From Opitutaceae bacterium (GTDB lineage: Bacteria > Verrucomicrobiota > Verrucomicrobiia > Opitutales > Opitutaceae): a stretch of 42,018 nt of DNA. The position numbers and the translations under genes are program-made. This document shows, piece by piece, positions 33,406 through 42,018 of the stretch. The notes below the pieces were generated by a model. The model was not told the DNA's origin and searched no databases. It was given only the letters and a program-made list of their open reading frames with translations. Position 1 is the stretch's first letter, and the number at the start of each line of letters is the position of its first letter. Where the stretch lies: the NCBI GenBank assembly GCA_044375835.1, contig JBILLY010000001.1, positions 1 to 42,018 on the forward strand. Reading direction: 5' to 3'.

Positions 33406-35250
33406 ATGTCCGCCATCAACCGTTTCCTCCTCGAAAACAACCTCCGCATTGCGACGAATCCCTGCGTCAGCCCGGACTTCTGCCTCGATTGGCCGTCCCT
33501 CCGCGCCGAACTCAAGGCCCGCACGGAGCTCAAGGTCTATCCCAAGAGCCGTTTCGAGACCGCCGCCGGCGCCTTCACCCTCGTCGAAAACACCCACGGC
33601 GACTGCGCCTGGCGCCTGCAGGGCCGGACCGAGGCGCTCGCCGACGGCGTCGACCTCGCCGACGGCACCCAAGCCTTTCCCGCCACCTTCGCCAATCTCC
33701 TGGCCCTGAAAAATCTCGTCCAGGAGCACAACCCGGCGTCGACGATCTTCGCCACCGCCACCGAGCAACTCGGCCGCAGCACCCTCGGCATCGGCGCCCG
33801 CTTCACCACCTTGCACTGGCCCGCCGTCGACTGGGCCATGAGCGCCCTCGGCCTCGGCGTCACCGCCAACCAAAACTCCATCCCGCGCGAGCTCGTCTAC
33901 GACGTCGACGTCATGCTCGCCGGCAAACTCGACACCGTCCCGTTTCCCTTCATCGGCACCAACGTCCCCGAAGGCCACCAGGGCCAGAGCGTCGAGGGCA
34001 TGAGCCACGGCTGCGTGCTCGCGAAGCTGAAAACCGGCTTCCACCGCCGCGGCGTCGCCTGGAGCTTCAACGCCGACCACCAGCCCATCGGCGGCAAGTT
34101 CGACGCCCGCGAAGACGCCCTCGTCGCCGGCTGCGTGCTCGCCAGCTACATCACCTTCGATCTCTCGCCCGAGCTCGCCCAGACGCAGATCCCCGCCGAT
34201 CCCGCCGCGTGGGTCGCGGCCCACGTGCCCGTCGCCATCATCGGCACCGTCAAAGCCCGCGTCGCCTCCGTCGGCCTTACGCTCAACGAGCCCGACTTCG
34301 CCAAGCTCCTCGCCTACGTCTGGCCCTCGCTGCAGAAGATGCAGCGCCGCGACGCCAAATACGCCGCCGCCCGCGCCAAGCTCTTCACCACGCCGGTCGG
34401 CCGCGCCTACCTCCGCGAGCTCTCCATCGACGAGCTGCCCGGCCTCACCACGCCCGAGACCACCGCCATCATGCTCGCGCTGTGCGAAGCCCTCGGGATG
34501 AAGATCCACTTCGTCGCCCCCGCCTTCGGCTTCCAGAAAAACATGCCCTACCCCGACAACGCCGCTCTCCGCGCGTTGATCGAGAAACAGTGGGCGGTCT
34601 GCCGCCAATTCGGCGCCAGCATCGGTTTCCACTCCGGCTCCGGCAAATCCGCCGAAAACTACCGCGTCATGGGCGAGGTCACCGGCAGCCGCCTCGAGAT
34701 CAAGACCAGCGGCCGCTACACCTACGAGATGGGCCGCGCCCTCTTCGCCTCCCGGCACGCCGCCGACCAGGCCCTCTGGCGCGACTGGTATAAGTTCACC
34801 CTCGACCTCGCCGTCACCGGCGCCTTCAGCCCCGACGCCACCGAGCAGAAGATGGCCCGCGTCTTCATCGCCGACGCCCTCGCCAAGTCCGGCCGCGGCA
34901 CCGAGGTCTTCGGCAACCCCACCGCCACCCGCGCCGCCCTCGAGTCGCTGCCCGCCAGCCCCGAGCACATGTTCTGGTTCGAATACAATTTCCTCTACGT
35001 GCTCGCCGGCGGCGGCCGCGCGGAAAAGGCCGCCCTCGGCGACCACACGCCAGCGGGCTACCGTCAGCGCGCCCGCTTCTACGGCATCAGCGACGAAGGC
35101 CGCCTGCTCTTCGCGAAAAACATCGCCGCCTACATTCTCTTCCTCGCCGAGCACACCGGCCTCGCCCCCGCGCCCGCCTGCGCCGCCGCCGCCAAACTGC
35201 TCGCCGGCTACACCAGCCTCGACTCGATGCTGAACGATATCAGCCGCTAG
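33406..35250 (+). CDS. uxaE: Tagaturonate/fructuronate epimerase family protein
   Basis: LGIGARF, ANQNSIPREL, NADH, ELSIDE, FHSGSGK and EIKTSG match the UxaE pattern. It lies near uxaC and a TRAP transporter. Confidence 0.8.
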   Translation: MSAINRFLLENNLRIATNPCVSPDFCLDWPSLRAELKARTELKVYPKSRFETAAGAFTLVENTHGDCAWRLQGRTEALADGVDLADGTQAFPATFANLLALKNLVQEHNPASTIFATATEQLGRSTLGIGARFTTLHWPAVDWAMSALGLGVTANQNSIPRELVYDVDVMLAGKLDTVPFPFIGTNVPEGHQGQSVEGMSHGCVLAKLKTGFHRRGVAWSFNADHQPIGGKFDAREDALVAGCVLASYITFDLSPELAQTQIPADPAAWVAAHVPVAIIGTVKARVASVGLTLNEPDFAKLLAYVWPSLQKMQRRDAKYAAARAKLFTTPVGRAYLRELSIDELPGLTTPETTAIMLALCEALGMKIHFVAPAFGFQKNMPYPDNAALRALIEKQWAVCRQFGASIGFHSGSGKSAENYRVMGEVTGSRLEIKTSGRYTYEMGRALFASRHAADQALWRDWYKFTLDLAVTGAFSPDATEQKMARVFIADALAKSGRGTEVFGNPTATRAALESLPASPEHMFWFEYNFLYVLAGGGRAEKAALGDHTPAGYRQRARFYGISDEGRLLFAKNIAAYILFLAEHTGLAPAPACAAAAKLLAGYTSLDSMLNDISR

Positions 35251-36640
35251 CGGCCGGAGCGGAGGCCAAGGGGGTCTCGCTCAACGGGTGTTCGAAGACA
35301 ACGCGCACCTGCGCGCCTCCCCACACCGATACCCCGCGCTGCACCTCCCAACCATTCAGGCGGCAAAGGCGCCGCATCAGGTCCAAACCCACCCCGAAAC
35401 CCGGCACCCGCGCCGCAGTTTCCGCCGCCTGCGCCGGCGCCAAGTCGGCAAACCCGGGGCCGTCGTCATCGATCTGCAACGTGGCCGGAGCCGCCCAACT
35501 CAGCCGGATGCGACCGCCCGGACTGTGCTTCACGGCGTTGCCGACCAGATTGTGCACCAACGTGAGCACAACATCCCGCGCAGCCCGGACGCCCGCGCTC
35601 TCCGGCACCTCCACGATCCAGCGCGGCGAAGGCGGCGCGGCGAGCGCGGCGTGCTCATCGATCACCTCGCGCACCAGCGGCTGGAGTTCGACCCAGCCGA
35701 TGTCGGCGGGTTGCCGGCCTTCGCGAGCCAGAACCAGAAAGAAGCGCACGAGTCTTTCCATACGTGCCACGGAGCGCGCCATCCGGCCCGTCACTCGCTC
35801 GCGGGCCGCCGGGTCGGCCGACACCTCGGGCAACAGCGTCAGGGCCGAGCGCAGAGTGGCCAGCGGCGTCCGCAGTTCATGGCTGCACTCGGCCAGAAAA
35901 CGCTGCTCCCGCTCCAAAGTCGCGAGCGTGCGTGCACGGGAATCTCGCAGCGCCCGCGCCAAGGCGCCCACCTCGTCGTCCGCCAAGCCCTCCGAAAAAT
36001 CGGCGGCCTGATCGGCCGGCGCCACGCGCACCCGCTCCGCCAGCAAGCGCAACGGGAGCACCGTCCAACGGAGAATCACCGCGCTCGCCGTCAACGCGAG
36101 TGCCGCCACCGCTCCGGCCACCGCCAGCACCGTCCAACGAATCGGGACCGCCCGTTCCTCGGTAAACTCGAGCCGATCCACCTCGACCCAGAGACAACCC
36201 GCCAACCCTTCGCCCGGCGCGGGCAACCGCACGCGATACTCGATCTCCAGGTCGTCCCGCCATACCCGCCAACGGCTGCGCCAACTGTCCACCAGCACCG
36301 CCGGACCTCCGGCCGTCGCGGCAAAAACCTCGTGCCATCCCCCGCCCGGCGGCAAGCGATCCAATCCCGTGGCTGCCCGCAACGCCTCAGGCCCGGGGAA
36401 GCGCCGCATCCATTCGACCCGGGGCGGCGCGCCGCTCTCCAGCGTTTCCCGGGCCGCTTCCGCTATGACGGCGCCCACGATCGCATCCTCCGCCTCCAGG
36501 ACGATCCAGCCGCCCGCCGCCGTGATCGCCGCAAAGCCCGCCAGTGCCAGCGTCACCAGCAGCAACGCGATGCGCGCGCGCAGTGGCAGCGGCCGCAGGC
36601 CGCGAAGTCGCGGGCAAATCCCGGTGGCGTGGCCGTTCAA
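35240..36640 (-). CDS. Sensor histidine kinase (2 TM helices, HAMP, HisKA, HATPase)
   Basis: DEVGALARAL (HAMP), FLAECSHELRTPL (H-box), NLVGNAVKH, DDDGPG, GFGVGL. The TTG start overlaps the response regulator stop (TTGA). Confidence 0.9.
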   Translation of the reverse strand: MNGHATGICPRLRGLRPLPLRARIALLLVTLALAGFAAITAAGGWIVLEAEDAIVGAVIAEAARETLESGAPPRVEWMRRFPGPEALRAATGLDRLPPGGGWHEVFAATAGGPAVLVDSWRSRWRVWRDDLEIEYRVRLPAPGEGLAGCLWVEVDRLEFTEERAVPIRWTVLAVAGAVAALALTASAVILRWTVLPLRLLAERVRVAPADQAADFSEGLADDEVGALARALRDSRARTLATLEREQRFLAECSHELRTPLATLRSALTLLPEVSADPAARERVTGRMARSVARMERLVRFFLVLAREGRQPADIGWVELQPLVREVIDEHAALAAPPSPRWIVEVPESAGVRAARDVVLTLVHNLVGNAVKHSPGGRIRLSWAAPATLQIDDDGPGFADLAPAQAAETAARVPGFGVGLDLMRRLCRLNGWEVQRGVSVWGGAQVRVVFEHPLSETPLASAPAASG

Positions 36641-37362
36641 GTCGGAAGCTCCTCGTCGGGCCCCGGCTCCCGCAGCTGGAATCCGACCCCGCGGTGGGTC
36701 CGCAGCAACGGCCGCGGCGACGCCCCGTCCACCGCTGCCCGCAACGTGAAAATGTGCGACCGCAACGCATCGCTGCCCGGCGGAGCATCCCCCCAGAGCG
36801 CCGCCTCCAGCTCCTCGCGGCGCACGACTTCGGGAGCACGGCGAAGCAGCAGTTCGAGAATGGCAAAGCCCATGTTGGTGAGTTCGACCGGCCGGCCCGC
36901 CCGCCGCACTTCGCGGCGACCCGGCCGCAACTCGAGATCGGCGCACCGCAGCACGTCACTCGCGGCTGAAGGCTCCGCTCCTCCGCCCCTCCGCCGCAAG
37001 GCGCCCAACCGCGCGTGCAGCTCGGCCAGCGCAAAGGGCTTCACCAGATAGTCGTCCACCCCGGCGGCAAAACCTTCCAGCCGCTCTTCCAGCCGGTCGG
37101 CCGCCGTGAGCATCAGCACCGGCACCCGTTGCGCCGGCCCCTGCCGCAGGCGCCGGCACACTTCCAGACCGTCCAGCGCAGGCAGATCGCGGTCGAGGAT
37201 CACCACGGCGAAGCGTTCCGCCTGCAACAAGTGCAACGCCAGCGCGCCGTTGGCCGCATGCTGCACCTGCCAGCCCCGCGGCCCGAGATAGTCGGCGATA
37301 TTGCCGGCCATATCCCAATCGTCTTCGGCAAGCAGCAGCGGATATCCAGGGGACAGCGACAT
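36637..37362 (-). CDS. OmpR-family response regulator
   Basis: LLLAEDD, ILDRDLPALDG, LMLTA, DDYLVKPF, and a winged helix (LRSHIFTLR..LRTHRGVGF). Confidence 0.93.
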   Translation of the reverse strand: MSLSPGYPLLLAEDDWDMAGNIADYLGPRGWQVQHAANGALALHLLQAERFAVVILDRDLPALDGLEVCRRLRQGPAQRVPVLMLTAADRLEERLEGFAAGVDDYLVKPFALAELHARLGALRRRGGGAEPSAASDVLRCADLELRPGRREVRRAGRPVELTNMGFAILELLLRRAPEVVRREELEAALWGDAPPGSDALRSHIFTLRAAVDGASPRPLLRTHRGVGFQLREPGPDEELPT

Positions 37363-37426
37363 GGAATGGGACGATGGGCACGAGGCCGAGCCAAGCCCGG
37401 CCGACGCATGCCATGGAGTGTTCGGT

Positions 37427-38125
37427 TCAGAACGACCAACGCAATCCGGCGATGATACCCCAGGTGTCGTAGTCGACGCTCAGTCGGCGCGCCCGGTTCG
37501 AGCTGTCGAGTTCCTGACTCCCGGCCGCGACGGCGCGTCCCTCCAGAAACACGCGGCCCTGCGCGCCGATCGCACGCTCCAGCCCGACGAGCCACTGGTA
37601 GGCGAAACGTCCGCCGGCGGAAAACTCCTCCCCGCCGAAACCTTCGAGGTCCACGTCGACCTCCTGCAAAATACCCGCGCCCAACCCGGCAAACGGCGCG
37701 ATACCCCAAACCTGCCAGGACGGGCCGAACCGGTAGGTCGCCGTGACAAAAGCATTCGTCGACGCCACGTCTCCGCCCGTTATGCGCGTCGTCCCGGCCA
37801 CGAGCGAGTTTACGGAATTCGAGCGGTAGAACCATTCCAGCTTGGTGGCGAACCGTGGCGTCCATCCCCGCCCCACCGCGCCGCCCAGAATCACCCCGGA
37901 CTTGTAGTCGGCCTCATAGCGGACGCCGCCCAGCGTGATGTCTCCGCCGGGCACGATCCCGACCCCGGCGAAGATCTCGGTGAACCAACCGTCGCTCCGG
38001 TGCGGCGCGCCCGGAGTCGCGGCGCGACCGCTTGCCGGGTTCGCGCACGCCATGCCGAGCAACGCCAGGGTGATCCGCGCCGCGCACGGGCGGACCAGTT
38101 TCGAGAGTCGGAATGAGGACGTCAT
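37427..38125 (-). CDS. Small outer-membrane beta-barrel protein (OmpA/OmpW-like, 8-strand type)
   Basis: Signal-like N-terminus, amphipathic strands, PFAGLGAG, and a terminal aromatic BamA-type motif AGLRWSF. Confidence 0.78.
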   Translation of the reverse strand: MTSSFRLSKLVRPCAARITLALLGMACANPASGRAATPGAPHRSDGWFTEIFAGVGIVPGGDITLGGVRYEADYKSGVILGGAVGRGWTPRFATKLEWFYRSNSVNSLVAGTTRITGGDVASTNAFVTATYRFGPSWQVWGIAPFAGLGAGILQEVDVDLEGFGGEEFSAGGRFAYQWLVGLERAIGAQGRVFLEGRAVAAGSQELDSSNRARRLSVDYDTWGIIAGLRWSF

Positions 38126-38365
38126 GGAGGTAATCGTGCCGGCGTTCCGGGAACCGGGCATCGGCACCGGCTCCGCCGCTTGGCGGCGACGAGATATCGC
38201 GGACCGACGGACACTCCCGCAGCGTAGCAAAGGGCACGTGAAGCGACCGTGAAAGCCGCGTTGGATCGGCGCGAAATCGGCGCACCGGGTGCATCTTGCG
38301 CGGGCGATCCGCAACACGTTCCTTGCCTGCGATCAGGCGGCGGCCCAACGTTGACGTTTCGCTCC

Positions 38366-39805
38366 ATGCCCTCGCCCTTCATCCACGACGACTTTCTCCT
38401 CGGCACCAAGCAGGCCCGCGAGCTCTACCACCGCTACGCCGCGGCCGAGCCGATCTACGACTACCACTGCCATCTGCCGCCCGACCTCATCGCGAGTAAC
38501 CACCGCTTCGCCGACCTCACCGAACTCTGGCTCGGCGGCGACCACTACAAGTGGCGCGCCATGCGCACCAACGGCGTCAAAGAGCAGTTCGTCACCGGCT
38601 CCGCCGCGCCCCGCGAAAAATTCCAGGCTTGGGCCGAGACCGTCCCGCACACGCTCCGCAATCCGCTCTACCACTGGAGCGCCCTCGAGCTGAAGCGCTA
38701 CTTCGGCATCAACGACCTCCTCACCCCGAAGTCCGCCGAGAAGATCTGGAAAACCGCCAACGCCAAACTCGCGAAACTCCGCGTCCACGACCTGATCAAC
38801 ATGTCCAAGGTCGCCGTCGTCTGCACGACCGACGACCCCGCCGACTCCCTCGCGCACCACCAGGCGATCGCCGCCAATCCCGGCGCGCTCAAGGCCCGCG
38901 TCTACCCCGCCTTCCGCCCCGACAAGGCCCTCGCCGTCGGCAACCCCGCCGGCTTCAACGCCTGGGTCGACAAGCTCGCCGCCGCCGCCGGCGTCGCCGC
39001 AGGCATCAAGTCCTTCGACGACCTCCTCGGCGCCCTCAAGAAGCGCCACGACGATTTCCACGCCCTCGGCTGCCGCGTCTCCGACCACGGTCTCGAGAGC
39101 GCGCTCTCCGAGTCCTGCACCCACGCCCAGGCCAAGATGGTCTTCGACGCCGTGCGCAGAGGTCGCGCCGCCACCGCCGACGAAGCCGCCCGCTACGGCT
39201 CCTACCTCATGCTCGAGTTCGGCAAATGGGACGCCGCCCGCGGCTGGACCAAGCAGCTTCACCTCGGCGCCCTGCGCAACAACAACGTCCGCCTCCTCAC
39301 CAAACTCGGGCCCGACACCGGCTTCGACTCCATCGGCGACTTCCCGCAGGCCGTCGCGCTCTCGCGCTACCTCAACACGCTCGACTCCACCGACCAGCTC
39401 CCGCGCACGATCCTCTACAACAACAACCCCGTGGACAATTACGTCCTCGGCACGATGATCGGCAACTTCCAGGACGGCTCCATCCCCGGCAAGGTCCAGT
39501 TCGGCAGCGGCTGGTGGTTCCTCGACCAGAAGGAAGGCATGGAGTGGCAGATGAACACGCTCTCCAACCTCGGCCTGCTTTCGCGTTTCGTCGGCATGAT
39601 CACGGACTCGCGCAGCTTCGTGAGCTACCCGCGCCACGAGTATTTCCGCCGCACGCTCTGCAACCTCCTCGGCACCGACATGGCGGCCGGCCTGATCCCG
39701 TCCGACTACAAGCTGGTCGGCGGCATGGTGAAAAACATCTGCTTCGCCAACGCCCGCGACTACTTCGGCCTCGAGCTCGCCCCCGAGTTCGCCGCGAAGA
39801 AGTAG
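38366..39805 (+). CDS. uxaC: Uronate (glucuronate/galacturonate) isomerase
   Basis: PIYDYHCHL, WLGGDHYKWRAMR, CTTDDPADSL, SDHG, QLHLGALRNNN, FGSGWWFLDQ, GMITDSRSF, RHEYFRR. Confidence 0.98.
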   Translation: MPSPFIHDDFLLGTKQARELYHRYAAAEPIYDYHCHLPPDLIASNHRFADLTELWLGGDHYKWRAMRTNGVKEQFVTGSAAPREKFQAWAETVPHTLRNPLYHWSALELKRYFGINDLLTPKSAEKIWKTANAKLAKLRVHDLINMSKVAVVCTTDDPADSLAHHQAIAANPGALKARVYPAFRPDKALAVGNPAGFNAWVDKLAAAAGVAAGIKSFDDLLGALKKRHDDFHALGCRVSDHGLESALSESCTHAQAKMVFDAVRRGRAATADEAARYGSYLMLEFGKWDAARGWTKQLHLGALRNNNVRLLTKLGPDTGFDSIGDFPQAVALSRYLNTLDSTDQLPRTILYNNNPVDNYVLGTMIGNFQDGSIPGKVQFGSGWWFLDQKEGMEWQMNTLSNLGLLSRFVGMITDSRSFVSYPRHEYFRRTLCNLLGTDMAAGLIPSDYKLVGGMVKNICFANARDYFGLELAPEFAAKK

Positions 39806-39830
39806 TCGGCACGCCGTAGCTGCTGCCGTC

Positions 39831-39865
39831 AGAGGTGGGCCGTGCGCTCCGCGCGCGGCCGATTC
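39831..39865 (+). repeat. REP-like palindrome, left copy
   Basis: agagGTGG-GCCGTGCGC-tcc-GCGCGCGGC-cgattc, 31/35 identical to the reverse complement of 40365-40399. Confidence 0.8.
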
Positions 39866-40343
39866 AGCCCGCGCAGTCCGCCGGCTCCCAACACCATCTC
39901 CACTGCTCCGTCGTCGGGCAGAGCCCTTTTGCGACCGGATTTTGCCGGATGTAGTTCGCCTTCAATTCCAACTCACGGTCATCGCGAATCCGGTGATCGA
40001 AATACCCATCCTGCCAACGAATGCCGGCTACCTTGGCATGATACCGTTTCCAATCGCCGACAACGCGTGATATCGAGGCGCCGCTGGGAAAGGCCACCAA
40101 GGCGTGCAAGTGATCCGGCATGAGCATAAAAACCGCGCAATGCCATCTCCCGCGGCGGTGATACTCGGCCACCGACGCAAGTAGTGATTCCGCCCGCACG
40201 GAGTTCACCAACAGCGGAGTCTCTGGCAGGCCGGTCGCGCGGTCGCGCTCGCACCGAATCCGAATATGAAACATCGCGCCGGCGCGCACCCACGCGGGCG
40301 TCGCATGGTGCAATTTCTGCTTGGGCGGAAGTGCCGCACTCAC
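39864..40343 (-). mobile_element. REP-associated tyrosine transposase (RAYT/TnpA-REP, HUH Y1 family)
   Basis: MLMPDHLH (HUH motif), WQDGYFDHRIR, catalytic YIRQNPVAKGL..W. It is flanked by inverted REPs. Confidence 0.9.
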
Positions 40344-40364
40344 GGTGGTTGATTCGTCTGCCGG

Positions 40365-40399
40365 GAACCGGCCGCGCGCGGAGCGCCCGGCCCACCTAC
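40365..40399 (-). repeat. REP-like palindrome, right copy
   Basis: Minus strand gtagGTGG-GCCGGGCGC-tcc-GCGCGCGGC-cggttc, a GT(A/G)G tetranucleotide followed by an imperfect hairpin. Confidence 0.82.
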
Positions 40400-40410
40400 G
40401 TCCCCCCCTC

Positions 40411-41703
40411 TCAAAACCCCAGCGCCTTCGGCAGTGCCAGCGACAGCGCCGGCCAATAGGTCACCGCCATCAGCACGACGAACATCGCGAAGAAAAACGG
40501 CAACAGCGGCCGCCACACTTTCGCGATCGTCGTCCCCGCCACGCCGCAGCCGACAAACAAACAGCTGCCCACCGGCGGCGTGCACAGGCCGATGCAGAGG
40601 TTGAAAATCAGCACGAGGCCGAAGTGCAGCGGCGTCATCCCGAACTTCTGCACGATCGGCAGCAAGATCGGCGTGAAGATCAGCACCGCCGGCGTCATGT
40701 CCATGAAGCAGCCCACCACCAGCAGGAGCAGGTTGATGATCAGCAGCAGCACGATCGGGTCCTCCGACAGCGCGAGCAGCGTCGCGGTCACCGCCTGCGG
40801 GATGTTCGCCGACGACATCACCCACGACATGCCCATCGACGTGCCCACCAGCAGCAGCACGATCGCCGTCGTCGCCGCCGAATCCGTCAGCAAGCCCGGC
40901 AACTCGCGCCACGCGATCTCCCGGTAGACCAGCACCGACAGCACGAACGTATACGCCACCGCGATCGCGCTCGCCTCCGTCGGCGTGAACCAGCCGAGGA
41001 TGATGCCGCCCATCACCAGCAGCACGAGGAACAGACTCGGCAGCGCCGCGAAGAAGATCTTCACGCCCTCCGGCAGCGCGATCTTCTCGCCGACCGGCAG
41101 GTTCTTCCGCTTCGCCGTGACCGCCACGATCGCCATCAGCGCGAGCCCGAGGAGAATGCCGGGCACATAGCCCGCGAGAAACAACGCCGCGATCGACACG
41201 CCGCCGCTCGCCAGCGAGTAGACGACCATGATGTTGCTCGGCGGAATCAGCAGCCCGATCGGCGCCGCGGCGATGTTCACCGCCGCGCTGAACTCCCGGT
41301 CGTAGCCTTCCTTCTTCATCATCGGCGCCATCGTGCCGCCGATCGCCGCCGCCGCCGCCACCGCCGAGCCGGAGATCGACCCGAACAGCATGCTCCCGAG
41401 CACGTTCACGTAGGCGAGCCCGCCGGGCAGGCGGCCCACGCACACCTTGGCCAGGTCGATCAGCCGCCGCGCGATGCCGCCGCGGTTCATCAGTTGCCCC
41501 GAGAGGATGAAAAACGGGATCGCCAGCAGCGCGAAACTGTCGAGCCCCGTGGCCATCCGCTGCGCGATCACCGTCGTGGCCGCCGCGGGATCGAGCGACA
41601 TGAGCAGCGCGGCCACCGCCGCGGAGCCGATCGCAAACGAGATGGGCACGCCGGCAAACAGCAACACGGCGAAGACGAGCGAGAGGACGATGGCTTCGTT
41701 CAT
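40411..41703 (-). CDS. dctM: TRAP transporter large permease
   Basis: FALLAIPFFILSGQLM, SMLFGSISGSAVA, LLIPPS, LFLAGYVPG, FTPTEA, IGLCTPPVG. Confidence 0.95.
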   Translation of the reverse strand: MNEAIVLSLVFAVLLFAGVPISFAIGSAAVAALLMSLDPAAATTVIAQRMATGLDSFALLAIPFFILSGQLMNRGGIARRLIDLAKVCVGRLPGGLAYVNVLGSMLFGSISGSAVAAAAAIGGTMAPMMKKEGYDREFSAAVNIAAAPIGLLIPPSNIMVVYSLASGGVSIAALFLAGYVPGILLGLALMAIVAVTAKRKNLPVGEKIALPEGVKIFFAALPSLFLVLLVMGGIILGWFTPTEASAIAVAYTFVLSVLVYREIAWRELPGLLTDSAATTAIVLLLVGTSMGMSWVMSSANIPQAVTATLLALSEDPIVLLLIINLLLLVVGCFMDMTPAVLIFTPILLPIVQKFGMTPLHFGLVLIFNLCIGLCTPPVGSCLFVGCGVAGTTIAKVWRPLLPFFFAMFVVLMAVTYWPALSLALPKALGF

Positions 41704-41704
41704 G

Positions 41705-42018
41705 TCAGTTGAGCCCCGAGGATTGTTGCGCCGTTTCCGTCTCGCCGCGCAGCGCGTCGAGCAGCGCGCACACGCTGTAGAACACGATGCACGCCCCCGC
41801 GAGCGGCACCGCGAGGTAGACGTAGCCGAGCTTCCATTGCAGCGCGGCCGACTGCTGGCCGAGCGTCAGCTGGATGTAGACCAGCCGCCCGCCGCCGCCG
41901 AGCATCACGGTCGCGCCGAAGACGAGCACCACCGCGTGGATCACCAGCTCCGACATCCGCTTCCGCGCCCCTTCGAGCCGCGCCGTGATCAGGTCGAGCG
42001 CGAGGTGCGATTTTTCGC
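41705..42018 (-). CDS. dctQ: TRAP transporter small permease, 5'-truncated by the window edge
   Basis: The frame is open to the window end (EKSHLALDL..QSAALQW..YVYLAVPLAG) and sits directly upstream of dctM. Confidence 0.85.
   Translation of the reverse strand, partial: EKSHLALDLITARLEGARKRMSELVIHAVVLVFGATVMLGGGGRLVYIQLTLGQQSAALQWKLGYVYLAVPLAGACIVFYSVCALLDALRGETETAQQSSGLN

Noticed and set aside
39864-40343. IS200/IS605 element with TnpB/IscB (OMEGA system)
   Set aside because: There is no adjacent tnpB/iscB ORF. The WQxxYxDHxIR and YIxxNP motifs with inverted REPs indicate a RAYT.

Overview
High-GC bacterial chromosomal window, most likely Verrucomicrobiota/Opitutaceae. This is inferred from a PEP-CTERM beta-strand-repeat giant protein, an Opitutus-type 'RLxNLxxR...GVALAEVYE' C-terminal domain and the near absence of Shine-Dalgarno sites. 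Bases 1-23 kb are rich in cell-surface genes: three GT-C-like membrane glycosyltransferases, two tandem ~79% identical Cys-free type IV pilins, rsfS-nadD, tRNA-Leu(UAA), an Ig/SdrD-B secreted protein, a ~2450-aa PEP-CTERM adhesin-like protein followed by a membrane-anchored papain/NlpC-like Cys-His protein, a divergent-type membrane pyrophosphatase and a LuxR-HTH regulator. Bases 23-42 kb are mostly housekeeping and metabolic: carB, rpmH-rnpA-yidD-yidC-yebC, metX-metW, uxaE, an OMP-response regulator-histidine kinase block in opposite orientation, uxaC, a REP-flanked RAYT transposase and TRAP dctM/dctQ. The best candidates for undescribed biology are (1) a two-pilin/two-GT-C pilin glycosylation locus, (2) a possible dedicated processing or shedding cysteine protease for a giant PEP-CTERM adhesin and (3) a MetX ending in a CysE-like 'FDYSI' tail that may dock into CysK. 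All calls come from motif recognition by eye, and no searches were run.
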